Of a DNA stretch of 64,000 nucleotides, positions 1-13,580 are shown piece after piece. Position 1 is the stretch's first letter. Each line of letters starts with the position of its first letter. The stretch lies in contig NC_092680.1 of the NCBI RefSeq assembly GCF_964355755.1, positions 17,741,045 to 17,805,044 of the forward strand, given 5' to 3'. The stretch is from Antedon mediterranea (Eukaryota; Animalia; Echinodermata). Position numbers and translations under genes: made by a program. A model generated the notes under the pieces. It was not told the DNA's origin and searched no databases. It saw only the letters and a program-made list of their open reading frames with translations.

Positions 1-202
1 TTTTTCAATTTTACATATCACAGTATTACCCACAAGTTCTGTAACAAAAGACTCGCAACCAAATTCAAAGGCATGATTTTTATTTAGTTCATGGAACTTG
101 AAATTACATTTTTAAACAAAATTTTCATTTGGTTATACCGGTAATTAGAAACAAACTATTCCTACACAATTATTTAGTACTCATTACAATATTCAGTTGC
201 TA

Positions 203-3200
203 TTAGTTTTTATCAGCTTTGGAATACAGTGCTTCAAGTTCCTTTTGAGTTGTCTCGTCCTTCTTTTGTTTAAGTTCCTCTGTCCCAGCAGTTACACCCC
301 AAGCATCCGGTTTAGACAAAGAAGAACAATATGGACGGCCACTTGCTGGTTTCAAGTTTTTCCAATACTCTGGTCTGGCTCTGGAGATTAAAATAGTAAT
401 AAAATTAATGCATGCAATTATGGTACACCAGCGAGTTAACAACCTTTAATAATTAAGTCTTGTTCAAATTCAAAATACAGTACAGCCATAATGCTTACAA
501 CAGGCCTATTTATTCACTGCTCGTTAGGCAAAGATATTTAGCTAATATATTTAGCTATATTTGTAATATTAAATTGCATTTAAACATACCTTGCTCTAAC
601 CCAAGGTTTTGTATGCATCTTCAGTCCTGCTCCCCAAAGTCCATGTTTTTCCGATGCAACTGGTAAGAAGCCTCTCTCTTTGGAGAGTTCCTCAGCCATG
701 GCACGGGTATGGTATGGCTCAATACCACAGCATCCACCGATGTAGCGTACTCCCATTTCATATGCTCTACGAGCAAATGCATGTGCTTCCCAACGGGTGA
801 TTATTCTAGGCTCCAAGCCTAGATACAAGACAATTGAATTCAAACTAGTTTGACAAAAAGTGTGATGTATAGTAGTGACAACCTAAATATGGTAGTGATA
901 TGAGATCATCATGTCCATATGGGCATCACATAAAGCTTGATAGTATAGATAGAGCTTAAGGTAATTAATAAGTCGTTCGGAATATTACATACAATAACCA
1001 GAATTTGGCGTGTAAATTCTACTTACCGAATGGAAATTCTGGTAGATCAATGAAACCCTGACGATTGCAATCTGGTGTTACAAACCCAAGCGGCTGAACC
1101 ATCAAATGGCACTCGATACCTTTCTCATCGAGAGCGTCCTTCATCAATTGAACTGCATCCAAGCAGATTTGTGGGTCGAAATGGCAGTTAATGCCAACAA
1201 CATCAGCACCTGGAAAATATCACCAACAAAAATAGTTAGTCGAATACAACATACTCGTTTTCTAGCGTTAACTTAAAATGCAATAATTTATTTTGAATGA
1301 TAAAGTGTGTGTTAATTATATTAGTTTTGCCAAAACCATTAGCACACTTGACAAGCAAGAAGGATTCCATTTCTGAATTGCCTTTAATTCTATTGCTATG
1401 GCACCCTGTTTTTAGTAAGTTCTCTACTCCAAGTAGATAATACATATGTACGCTTTGATGCACACATTTATTCCAAATAGCCAGAGAGTTGCATGACCTG
1501 CATGGTACTCTCGAGACTACAGTGGATAATTAACATACCGTACACATTTAACATATCACGCATTGATGCATAGCTAGTGAAAAAGGGAATTCAGATTATA
1601 ACCCATGTTTGCATGAATACATAGTACACCAACATCTCCCATTTTTAGACGGGACATATTATTTATAAACTGTCCCCTCTATGTCCTATTCACATGGCAT
1701 TTTAGCATACACAACGCTAACACAAGCATAGATGCTGTATACATATAGACCACTAATGCTTAATTAGAATGAGGTGGCCATATTATATGAAGATGTTGCT
1801 GTACAGTATTCATGACTGCAGTGCACAATTACTGAAACAAAGTTGTAATGTTTACAATTGAAAGTCGCTAAAAACATGAATTCAAGTATATACACAAATA
1901 AATTCTATTTTTGCTTCATTCAAGCAAACAAGCCCCAAATTAAGACACCTCACGATATCATTTTATACAGTGCATTAAGGAGATTATTTTTGTATGCAAG
2001 TCCTGTGCAAATATACATTATATGAAAGTTTCACAAAATACAAGATGATTTGAGTTAAGTATAGTACAAGTATAGAAATATTCTTATCCAAGACTCTACA
2101 CACAAAGACATACATGTACTCTGAGCTCTACGTACAAATAATCATGTTGGTCTACATAGGCCTTAAAACACTTAACACATACACCTCATTTCACTTTTTT
2201 GACAAAGCCTAAAGAATTGTTAAGACCTCCCATCCCATGTATTTAGGGTGGCTACCATTAGAGGATTATAACTTCCCTTTTATAACATAGGAAATCCCAT
2301 TTTTATGAGAGGAAACAGCAAACCACTCTCAGGTTTAATACTGTACAATAACTTTGATAAAAAAAACTTGGGGTATATGTTGCAAATTCTTGATGTTTCC
2401 AATCATTTTGAAACAATTGTAGAAAACAAAAATAAATAAAAAAAATATATTGAAACTCAGTTTAACTAGAAGAAAACAACAATTTCCCCTCCCATTTATC
2501 ATGTTCAGCCCAACAATCTACCTGCGTTTGCCAACCTGATGGCACATTCTCCTGTCGACACCCCGTGAAGGTCGCCGTCAGGCCCGATGCAGAGCGAGGC
2601 AGCAATTGGGATGCCGGTTTTCTTTAGTACCTCGATAGCCCAACACGCCTCTTCAACATGTTCAAAGTACTACGATATGTTGAAAGGTGCAGAACAGGAA
2701 GAAAGATTTCACTTGTTAAAAACTTAAATATTACTAAAATCAGCATAAACAACATCAACCCGCCCAAATCTATGAAATGCTTTGTAAAATTTGACAAAAA
2801 TTTCAAAATTAGTTTTAAATTGCATTTGGTTTGAAACTATTAACAAACTGACGCAGGTACAAAACCACCCTTTAAATTTGTGTTATTTAATGCAATGATA
2901 TATGGGTACTGTAAGATGATCTAACCACCGATATGTACGCTAGTTTAGCATGCACCTCCAATTTCATGTACAAAGGGTGGACCTATACCCGAGTCCGTAT
3001 GGTAAATAGCCAAAAACATTCCATTGCATCAACAATTTTTAAGTTTTCATAGTTTTTGCCGTTTAATTTATTTTTATTCATAATATGTGTAATGTTTTTT
3101 TTTTCTGTTTCTACTGTATAAACAAAATTTAACACAAGGTAATAAACAAAATATTTTGAAACAAGATTACATTATAGAGTGAAAACACTTGCAATTGACT

Positions 3201-6200
3201 ACTAAATCGATGTTTTTGCTGGTGAAATTTCTAATTACAGAATGCTTGTTCAATGGCTAGGACTGTGTCAAGTCAAAAATATAAAACCAAATACGGTAAC
3301 CAATCCAATTTCTTGGGTGGAACTTTGCTTATTTCAAAGTGCAAGGACTAGCAGCTGTAGGCTTTGCGAGTGTCCACACGCCCACCACAATAACATCCAA
3401 TCAAGTACACATTACAAGCGTTTTCACTGTAGTTGCACAATACTGTCTAATGATAAAAAGTACTAATCTCACCTCAACAATTAAAAAGTCCACATTATTT
3501 TCTTTGAACACCTTTGCTTGTTTTTCAAAGATCTCTTGCACCTTTTCCTTGCCGGCACCACTCAGGTATGTAGGCGTCTGTGAAACTCCACCAGCCATTA
3601 GTCCATTTATCTCTTCAGCTACCTCACGGGCAATCTTGCAGCCAGCAGCATTGATTGAAGCTCCCTACAAAAACAAGTTGCTTTTTTTTCCAGATTCTTG
3701 AAACATGGTGCAAGATTGATCATGTTTTAAATATAGAAGATTTTTTACATTACTCAAGAAAATACCGTATTTGTTTGGCAGCAGAAACTGCGCTCATAAA
3801 AAAAATACCGTATTTTCCCCATAAAATTTGTGGATAAATTCGGTATTTACAAATTTATACCGTATTTTTTTTTACCTGTTTCTGCTGCCAATAAAATATA
3901 GCGTTTTTTTTTCACCTGCGACATGAGGTCAACATCGTATTTTTATTTTCGGTCGCTGTCAGCTGTTTTACACAGGTGTATAGATATATTCGGCGAAAAT
4001 GTGGAGCTAAGACATTCACAGTATTTACTATATAAATCTGTGTGGGGAGGGAGGGGAAGGTAAAATGTCTGGCCACTTAAAAGGTAATAAAAGAGACCAC
4101 ATTTATAAAGACATTTCTAAAGAAATAAAGCAGGAGTACGGAATAGACTTGTCTCCAAAGCAAGTAAACTCAAAGCTGAAGAGCCTGCGAAAGCAGTACA
4201 ACATTGCAAAAGACAATAAACTTGGGGAGGGAACGAATTACTTGTCCCCATTACAATATTTTCTGTGCTCTCACAACATCTATCACTAGGGCCGGGCTAG
4301 GCTATTGAAAGTGACTGAGGCGTAAAACTTCCTTTATTGCGACTTTTAATTATCAACCAAATAAATGAATGGCAATTTGGATAAAAAGGATGAATTTTAA
4401 CAGGACCACCCAAGAAGTATTGTTAGCAGAAACGGGGTACTAAAAAATATGGTATAAAAAATACCGTATTTTGAGCATAAACAGGCCCATACCGATTACT
4501 ATATTGTGAATAAAGAAGTTATGCTACTAAATTTTACATTGCAAGCACTATTTGACCACTTGAAAATGTAGCAGAAAAATTTATTTTCAGTCACAATTGA
4601 CAGTGGGAAACCAACAATTAATAAATATCACCTTATTAAAAAAAAAATGTATAAATATAAAAAAAAAAGGTAAATGGAACTAGAATTTAATTCGTCACTT
4701 TGACGAATTATAGGTGATCATATTTATCGTTTTAATGAAATTAACATTTTTTAAACATGCACGTACGTTAACATACGATCGTAAAAAGTTGATGTACGCC
4801 ATCCTATGACATGATGCATATACACTTATAGTGCTGAGTTGTACCTATTATGTACAGTATATACTGTATATCTATATATACAGTGTAGCATAGGTGAAAT
4901 TACTGGACCCACATCATGTTCAAATTTTTCGGTATGATTGAATTATCAAAATAAACTCGAAGATGACAATTTCGAAAGATAATGAATTGAGCAAATAAAT
5001 ATAAGGATTGGAAGAGAATTTGACACGTAGAAGCGCAATGCGCGCTCTTTGAAATTTGTATAACTTCGACTAAAGAAATTTAAAAACAACGTTTTAACTT
5101 CAACTGGCCATATGATAACATCACAACATCCGATAGGCTTAATTTTTATATTAATTCATATCTACATTTCATCAGCTTTCATAATAAGTTATAATCTTCA
5201 AGGTCACCTTTAATTCTGAAGAGCTATAATATATTCAAATGTAAGGTGTAGCTGAAATTACACGACCTACGTTATTCAAGTTTTTACGCGTGATGATGTC
5301 ATCAAAATAAAAATATTGACAACTCCTGAGAAAGATAATTAATTGAGCAAGCACATACTAAAACTTCTCCGAAAATCGAGCTAAAATAACGGAGATGCGC
5401 TCTATTGAATGTGAAAACCCATACAAAAAGATAACAATTACTAATTTTTAAATTGAAGTGGCCATTTGATGACGTCATACCATTTTGTACGTCTAATGTG
5501 TACATGAATATGTATCTAAAACCCAATGGCTTCCCGAATAACTTAAAAAAATTGGGGGTCACCTGCCATTCTGAAGAGTTATATTCATTTTAAAAAGGCC
5601 TTATTTTTCACCATTTTCATCACTTTGATGAAATTAATTTGCGCATTTTGATATTTTTAACCTGCTCGTATACCGTTATTTTAAGTCGGAACTGACTCAA
5701 ATTTGGTGAATGTACTAAGGATGGTGAGTAGAATGCGATTTGTATAAAAAATTGCAATTTTTACACTTTGTAAGTATCGCGCGCGCAAAATAATTTTTTT
5801 GCGCAGTAATTTTTTGAAACACGCAAATGGCCTAATTCATGCTCTAAATTGATTAAAACGTAATTTTGAGCTTTTTAAATTTTTAATGCGCGATTTCACG
5901 CGTATCACCCTACGTGCGCGCGCGTTTTTATTTGCTAATATTTTTACCCTTGACCTGAAGTTTACGTGTAGTGAATTTCATAAATATGTGATAATGAATT
6001 ATGGATATATGATTGATAATGTGATTTCACAAAATGGCGTATACGTGACGTCACGGGTCAGTGATCACGCTGAAAAGCTTATTATGGCTAAGTTAAAGTA
6101 TTTGAAAGACATTGTGAAATTTTTGTGATCATTGTTATTCAACTTTTTGAGATATTTGTTACACAAAAAGTGTACAGAAAGAAAAAAAAAAACTAGACAT

Positions 6201-9200
6201 GAAACTCGTCACTTTGACGAGTTAGTTATCCGCACGACAAACGCCACGTGCACGTCATACGTTGGAATATTGCACACGGATAAAGATTATGGCATTATGA
6301 CCTGAACTGAAGAATATCATACGTTGTTAGTGCTGAATTCAGTCTATTTTGTGTCATATAGTATATACAGTGCAAACGGTATACTCTGTATACATGTTAC
6401 ATACAGTGTAGAATAGGTGAAATTACGAGACCCCCCATTTATTCTTATTTTTAACATGGCGACGGTATCAAAATGAAACACTAAGTTAGCAATTTCGGAA
6501 GGACATTATCTCAGCAACCACATATTAACGTGTGGAAGAAATTTGAATACGTAAAATATAGATGCGCGCCCTTTTAAATGTGATGAACTATTACGCAAAA
6601 TATGAAAATACGCCTTTTTTTATTCAACTGGCCATATGATGACGTCACAACATCCGATTGGCAAAATGTTTACATGAATTCGTATCTACAATTCAATAGC
6701 TTCCAGAAAACGTTTTAATCATGATTATCACGTTTTATTCTGACGAGCTATAACAGATTGAAATTTACTGTAAGGACAAAAATAAGTGACCCACGTTATT
6801 TACATTTTTAGACATGATGACGTCATAAATATTAAAATATTTTTAACTCATACGAAAGATAGTTGATTGACCTAGATAATATAAAAATCGGGGTAAAAAT
6901 GGAAAACAGATAATTGGAGATGCGCTCTATTAAATGTCATGCGCTATGATGAAAGATACAAAAATCCTATATTTTATATTCGCGTGGGCATACGGTGACG
7001 TCACAATGTCCGGTTAGCCATATTAATGCATGATTCAAAATTTACAACTCATCAACTTTCAGAATATACAATAAAAATAACTTTCACCGTTTAGTTTAGG
7101 AACTATAACTGTTTAAAAAAGGGCATAATTTTGACAAATTTTGACGACTTTTTGAACTTTTTCATCAAAAATGCACGTAAATTATCCAATTCGACGTGCC
7201 CGTATGACGTAATTTTAAGTCGAAATTGTTCAAAAGTTGGTAAAATTACTAGAAAAGGCTGGAAAAACATAAATCACGCGAAAAAAATGGTTTTCAACGC
7301 TACGTGCGCACCGCATGCGTAAAAAAATGCGCGTACGTGGGAATTTTTTACATGCTCAAAATGACATGAAACGCGTAGAAAGTTGATTAGAAATTGATTT
7401 TTCGCATTTTGAAATTTTAAACGCGCGTGCGCGCGTAACTTCCTGTGAAACATGCCATTTTTTTTTCACATTCTGTTAGCGCAAGATATCAATTAAACTT
7501 TCGTTAAGTTTCAATTTAAATTGCTATATGGTTTTCAATCTATGTTAAAAATGCGAAATTCGTAAAAACGCGCGTAAGTCATGTTGCGCAACTCTGACGT
7601 CATTCAAAAATAGGAGGTGCACAACTTCACCTGAATGCCCTCATGCTGACAAAGTTATAACATGTTATGTTTACACGTTTTTGAGATACGCGAGCCACAA
7701 AAATGAGGGAGAAAGAAAGAAAAAAAAAAAAAGTAACAGGACAGTTACAAGGAGTTATCCGCTGAATGCGGATAACTAAAAATAATAACTAGACATGAAA
7801 CTCGTCACTTTGACGAGTTAGTTATCCGCACGAGAAACGCCACGTGCACGTCATACGTTGGAATATTGCACACATAAAAAGATTATGGCATTATGACCTG
7901 AACTGAAGAATATCATGTATTGTTAGTGCTGAATTCTGTCTATTTTGTGTCATATAGTATATACAGTATAATCTGTATACATATTACATACAGTGTAGAA
8001 TAGGTGGAATTACGGGACCCACCGTTTATTCCAATTTTTAACATGGCGACGGTATTCAAATTAAACACTAAGATAGCAATTTCGGAAGGACATTATCTCA
8101 CCAACAACATATTAACGTGTAGAAGAAATTTGAATACGTAGAATATGGATGCGTGCTCGTTTAAATGTGATGAACTATGACGCAAAATATGAAAATACGA
8201 CTTTTTTTATTCAACTGGCCATATAATGACTTCACAACATCCGATTGGCAAAATGTTCACATTAATTCGTATCTACAGTCCAATAGCTTCCAGAAAACGT
8301 TTTAATCATAATTATCACTTTTTGTTCTTACAAGCTATAACAGATTAAAATTTACTGTAAGAATGAAATTAATGACCCTGTTAATTATAATTTTTAGGCA
8401 TGATGACGTCATAAAAATTAAAATATTTTTAACTCATGCGTAAGATAGGTGATTGACCTAGACAATATTAAAATCTCGGAGAAAACGGAATACAGATAGG
8501 TGTGATGCGCTCCATTGAATATGATGAGCAATAACAAAAGAGAAAAAAATCCTATATTTTACATTCGTGTGGCCATACGATGATGTCACAATGTCCGGTT
8601 AGCCATATTGATTCATGATCCGATATCTACAACTCATCAACTTCCAGAATATGTAATTAAAAAAAAGTTCACCTCGTTGTTTAGAATCTATGACTGTTTA
8701 AAAAAAGGCATAATTTTGACGAATTTTGACAAATTTTTTAACTTTTTCATCAAAAACGCACGTAAATTATCCAATTCAACGTGCCCGTATGACGTAATTT
8801 TAAGTCGAAATTGTTTAAAAGTTGGTAAAATTACTAGAAAAGGCTGAAAAAACATAAATCACGCCAAAAAAATTGTTTTCAACACTACGTTCGCACCATG
8901 CGCGTAAAAAAATGCGCGCGCGTGGGAATTTTTTACATGCTCAAAATGACATGAAATGCGTAGAAAGTTGATTAGAAATTGATTTTTCGCATTTTGAAAT
9001 TTTAAACGCGCGTGCACGCGTAACTTCGTGTGAAACATGCCATTTTTTCCCCATAGTCAGTTAGCGCAAGATATAACTTAAACTTTTGTTAAGTTTCATA
9101 ATAAATTGTTATATGGTTTTCGATCTATGTTAAATACGCGAAATTCATAAAAACGCGCGTAAGTCATGTTGCGCAACTCTGAGGTCATTCAAAATAGGAG

Positions 9201-10784
9201 GTGCACAATTTCACGTAAATGCCCACATGTTGACAAAGTTATGAAATGTTATGTTTACACGTTTTTGAGTTACGCGAGACACAAAAATGACAGAAAGAAA
9301 GAAGAATACAGAAAAAAAAAAAGATGATGAAACAGGACAGTTACAAGGAGTTATCCGCTGAATGCGGATAACTAATAAAGATTTAATACAATAACAATAG
9401 GTGATCATTTTATTCTAAATGATCACCTAATTATTAACACAATTAAATTATTAAAAAGTAAAGCAATACGAGCAATAAATCCATTATTCCCTACAATGAA
9501 TTAAATATCTGGACATATTTGAAAAGCCTGGTCAAGCCATAGAGGGTGCAACATGCCTAAAAGAACAGATACAGATACCTTTGGAATATTTTTTTGTATT
9601 ATCAAGATCAATCTGGGGAAAAGGCAACTTTTCAGTGGGAGCCTACAGTATCAACTATTGCATTGGGTTTTATTTATTTAGGATAAACCATGAAAAGGTG
9701 CTGAAAGCAGTATTTACAAAAATATATGTGCTGTACATTAAAAACGCATCAATACAAAGCAATAAAATAGATCGCAGAAAATCTATATTCAAAATTACCA
9801 TTATTTAAATTCACTTGATACTAGCGGCGTAACCTATTACACAACATTTTAAAAAAAGGCATCATAAATTCACGTTTTATAAAGTAAACAACTATCTTAT
9901 CAGTAGGCCTAAACAATTGATTTAATTTTTCAACTATTTTATTATTTTCAACTATTTTATTATTTATAGGTGACTTTCTTTTGCGACCTTTAATTGCACC
10001 CCTACAAAAATAACGTAGGTAGGCCTACTAACTAGCGCAAGTACATACTGTGTAATTTTCTTGGGCTTTGTTGCCTCTATTTGCAAGCTTGTCATCACTA
10101 GCGTAGAATGTAAATGCTTGCATGACGTCAGCGCCGTTTCGGCCAAACTCTCGTGCAAGTTGACGTACTAAAAACAAAATTGTAACCATATATAATAAAA
10201 TTTGTGGATCACTCTTCAAGGAGAATCGGATATGAATACAGTAATAACAATTTACAGGGAAAAATTTCATTTTAAAATTTTGTTTAGCAATTATTGTTAA
10301 ACTGATTTTTAGGCGAGAAACATAGTTTTGTATTGTCTTTTTTGCTACACAATTTTAGAAATGTGTAGCAAAGGTTGTTTTGTATAGCTTTTTGCTATGC
10401 TACACTGGCGAAATTATTCCCCGATTTAGAATAAAAAATAGAAACATAGTACGATAGGTATATTGTAAAACAGGTTTTATGGGATGCTTGTGAAGTTTAA
10501 ATGTTTACTGTAAAGCTCCGCCTACACTACCAAACTTTATGTCACAAAAAAAATGTCAAATCACTACCATATTTGGGCACATCACTAGTTTTATTGTTTA
10601 GACAGAGCTTTTATTCAATCAATCAATAATATTGAGCGTTACCAGCTTCTGGATGTTCTACGCATGCTTCTGGTGTCCAGGGTCCAGCTTTTACATAACC
10701 ACGTTTCTCCAACGCAAACACATACCCACCATCACCAATAACTACTTCTCCGGAATTTAAACGATCAAGAAATGATTTCTTTTC
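203..10784 (-). CDS. BHMT: Betaine-homocysteine S-methyltransferase, 7 coding exons resolved; short first exon not located
   Basis: GT-AG exons with consistent phases: 10643-10784, 10049-10167, 3473-3664, 2522-2669, 1027-1209, 590-818, 203-380 (1191 nt including TAA). The translation has BHMT motifs [46 protein letters not shown], Zn ligands GINC and GGCC, LPEFPFGLEPR, and [21 protein letters not shown]. Confidence 0.95.
840..958. mobile_element. Partial copy of the AAGCTCTGTCTACAC palindromic MITE family, in a BHMT intron
   Basis: Shares caaactagtttgacaaaaagtgtgatg, aaatatggtagtgatatg and the right end gatagtatagatagagctt with complete copies at 45651, 54211 and 63028. Confidence 0.7.
3750..4488 (+). 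mobile_element. Degenerate PIF/Harbinger-like remnant with a Myb/SANT-like (trihelix) coding fragment
   Basis: ORF 4065-4289 ([37 protein letters not shown]) resembles a Myb/SANT-like DNA-binding helix. It is flanked by repeated aaaataccgtatt and gcagaaac/gtttctgc motifs, and the right end is ...taaacaggccc. Confidence 0.5.
6191..7779 (-). mobile_element. Helentron/HINE-like element, family B, copy 1
   Basis: AACTAG, hairpin aactcgtca-ctt-tgacgagtt and subTIR agttatccgc at 6191-6234. Terminal hairpin agttatccgc-tgaat-gcggataact at 7753-7777, preceded by an A-rich tract. Confidence 0.8.
7787..9375 (-). mobile_element. Helentron/HINE-like element, family B, copy 2
   Basis: Colinear, diverged direct repeat of 6191-7779 with the same two terminal hairpins. 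Confidence 0.8.
10513..10610. mobile_element. Internally deleted AAGCTC-family MITE
   Basis: aagctccgcctacactaccaaact ... tagacagagctt. Confidence 0.65.
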
Positions 10785-12670
10785 CTGAAAAAAAAAATAA
10801 TTTAAATGCAATTCATCTGTATACAGCCTATTATAGGAGTTTACCATTAAATAAGGGCAAAAAACATACCTTAAAAGCTAAACTTATTGCTCTCAACAGA
10901 TGACTAAAAAATTTAATTATTGGGAACGTATGGATTTAATGGTAAGCATTGAATCAAATCCTAATTATCGTATGGTATGTGTATTGTCAAAAAAAAATTA
11001 CTAGTCTATTATATTATTACTAATAGTGTACATAATTTACTAGCCTACAGTACAGTAGTATGTAAATTAAATCTTTTTTCTTTAAATTTATGTTAATGAA
11101 TTCAATTGAAATAAACTTCCCAGATCAGGCCACCAGCAGTTAGTACTAGTAGGCTTAATTTATGTAGTTGGAAATGTATAGAAATAAAATGTTTAAAGTA
11201 TTTTATGTACAGTAGTAGTACTGATATCATTCTTGCTGCGCTTGATTTTTAAGAGATCATCTGATCTTGGGTAGGGGTCAGAACAACTGGATCAGACCAG
11301 TTGTAGCTAGTAGTGATCCAGGTCAGCGAAAATATGCGATAACGTCTTTTTTTAAATATTAATATATATATATATTTCACAAAACTCTCTCCAGCTGAAT
11401 ACCCTTCTAGAGCTTACCCAATTTAAAAACAGTCACCCGCGCTGTGCGGCGATGATGGCGACGTGAATGATCGTCACGTTTTAGGTGCGAAACTGTAGTT
11501 AATTAGCGCCCACGTTTTATTAACGCCTAGGCCAACGACTAGGCCTGTGTGTGCAGCACTGCACTACGTATTTACAACTTTCCCCAGCCTACTCAGGCCT
11601 AGCTCAATAGGTGTAACTCAACTGTAGTAGGCCTAGGCCTAGTAGTAGTAAACAACAACAAGGCTACTTGACCTTCAGACACACCACCAATCATCGGCGG
11701 CCAGCGCCCACAAAAGGGAGGAGCACACACATCATAACAAAAACATTGGTTTATGTAAATAAATACCTAGCCAGCTTAATAGGTTATGGTGGTAGAGGAA
11801 TAACAAACACAAAATTAACTTACCGCTCTGTATCTTGTTTGTAGGTCTGCCATCGCAAAAAAAATATGTTAGTGTATTTCGAGCCAAGGTAATTTTATTC
11901 TGCCTTTCGACGCTGCACGTTGTGTGTGTGTACTGCTGCTGACCAACCAACCAGTTTATGCTAGTAGTAAATCGGTGCCTTTTATATTTCACACACGCTT
12001 CACGGATTCTTCACCGGGTAATTCAAGATGTAATAATTAATAACACAAACTCCTTTTTATTTAAGTGTCTTCGTTTAGTCTTTATATCTATCTTTCTTTC
12101 TGTTATCATGTATTTATGCATTTCTTTTTTTTACATGAATAAAAAATATTTTGTCAACAATTATGAAACACATTGTTTAATAGTAGTGCTATCCCTGTCT
12201 AGTTTATTCAAATTATTCCGTTTTATATTGAACTGCCTAGAACTGGTTTAAATTGAGACACGTGGTCGATTGAAAACAATAACATGTGGTACGATCTTTG
12301 GGTGTAGAGTGTGGATGGCATTTTTGTTTGTACTGTAATTTAATTTACATATTTTTCCCACCATTTTTTTGAGAACTGGAATTTATGCTTTTTCAGTACA
12401 TCATCTGTTCTGGTTTGAGGTACACACTGATTTATTCCATAAACCTACCTGTGTAAGAATGCCATTTATTAATATTATTTATAGTTAAGTATATATTAAA
12501 TTAAAATTTATTCAATGTTGTTAGGAGGGCCCGGGCCATCGTCAAAGCATGGTCCATAGTCAGAGTGTGAGAGGGTGGGCGGGTCGGGCGTGTGAACAAC
12601 CAACATTTTTGGAAAAGAACCCACTTTAACTTTCAAGTGTCCCGGTTATGTGTAGGCCTATTTTCCCTCC

Positions 12671-12770
12671 ACTAGGCGAATTTGTTCGCGCGCGAATCGA
12701 AAACGTCAGCTTATACGCATGCGTATAGAAATGGATTAGCTTTCGATTCGCGCGAACAAATTCGCCTAGT
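12671..12770. mobile_element. Short palindromic MITE-like element
   Basis: Arms actaggcgaatttgttcgcgcg and cgcgcgaacaaattcgcctagt, with inner gaatcgaaa/tttcgattc and a central tatacgcatgcgtata palindrome. Confidence 0.7.
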
Positions 12771-13082
12771 TTAGAAAATTGTCTTCGAATGTTTAAACAG
12801 ACAGGCGCATATGGAATGGAGGCTAAAATTTTATTTTCAAGAAAATTTTTCCGACGCATAATACCGTAGCCTAATATTAAATAACTCAATTTTCCTAAAT
12901 ACATTAATTGAATAATTAAGTCAAAGACTAACGCCGGTGGAAAGGTAGACTAACCAATCAAACATATCAACATAAACCATACAAACAATTATAGGCCAAG
13001 TCTGTAGTTTTGTCTTTTTAAAGTTCATCATCGGCGTTTAGGTTCTGTAAAATAAACACCATGCCAAAATATTTATCGTTTT

Positions 13083-13580
13083 ACAAGTATTAAGTCGAAA
13101 AATGCAGTCAATACGTAGAAATTTAAACTTAAACACCGCTATGCCCGTACAGACGTACTAAAACACTCCTCTATAAATGAGTTTCCACGTTTATGGTCAA
13201 ATCTACCAAATGAAATTAAGGACTCTGTAGTAATAACTAATATATTTGCTACGGGATTTGCTATGAAATTGAAAGAACATTATAAATATTAAATTCCTTG
13301 GGTACTGGAATTTGACTAAATAAGGATAATTTGCTACTGTAGTAATAGGCTACACTTTCACTTAATTAGAATTTCTTTATAATAAATAGGATCGTTAATG
13401 TGTATTTTATCTATCTTTATGTACTGGATGTAGGATGGCTAAGCAAGCCTGTGAGCTACAGCGATTTTAATTGCTTTTTGCTTATCCTTGCCTCCTTAGA
13501 TTTCCACCTGTCTTGTTTTTGTTACCTTGTTTTAAATGTATTTCGATGTTAAAGGCTAAATAAAGAATGAATGAATGAAA
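13083..13580 (+). mobile_element. 3' remnant of a CR1-group LINE
   Basis: Translates to KFKLKHRYARTDVLKHSSINEFPRLWSNLPNEIKDS..FAMKLKEHY (the ORF2 C-terminal 'WNxLP..FKxxLK' pattern). It is followed by a 3'UTR ending aataaa-(gaat)n. Confidence 0.65.

Larger units (their letters stand above)
4678..9430 (-). mobile_element. Non-autonomous Helentron/HINE-like element, family A (outer element, interrupted by two nested copies)
   Basis: One end is AACTAG, then hairpin taattcgtca-ctt-tgacgaatta (4688-4710), then subTIR taggtgatca. The other end is hairpin taggtgatcattt-tattct-aaatgatcaccta (9398-9429). This is the asymmetric subTIR/hairpin/CTAGTT layout of Helentron-DINE-1-type elements. Confidence 0.7.

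Noticed and set aside
7131-8847. Duplicated small ORF ([25 protein letters not shown])
   Set aside because: Explained by the two copies of the non-coding Helentron-type element.
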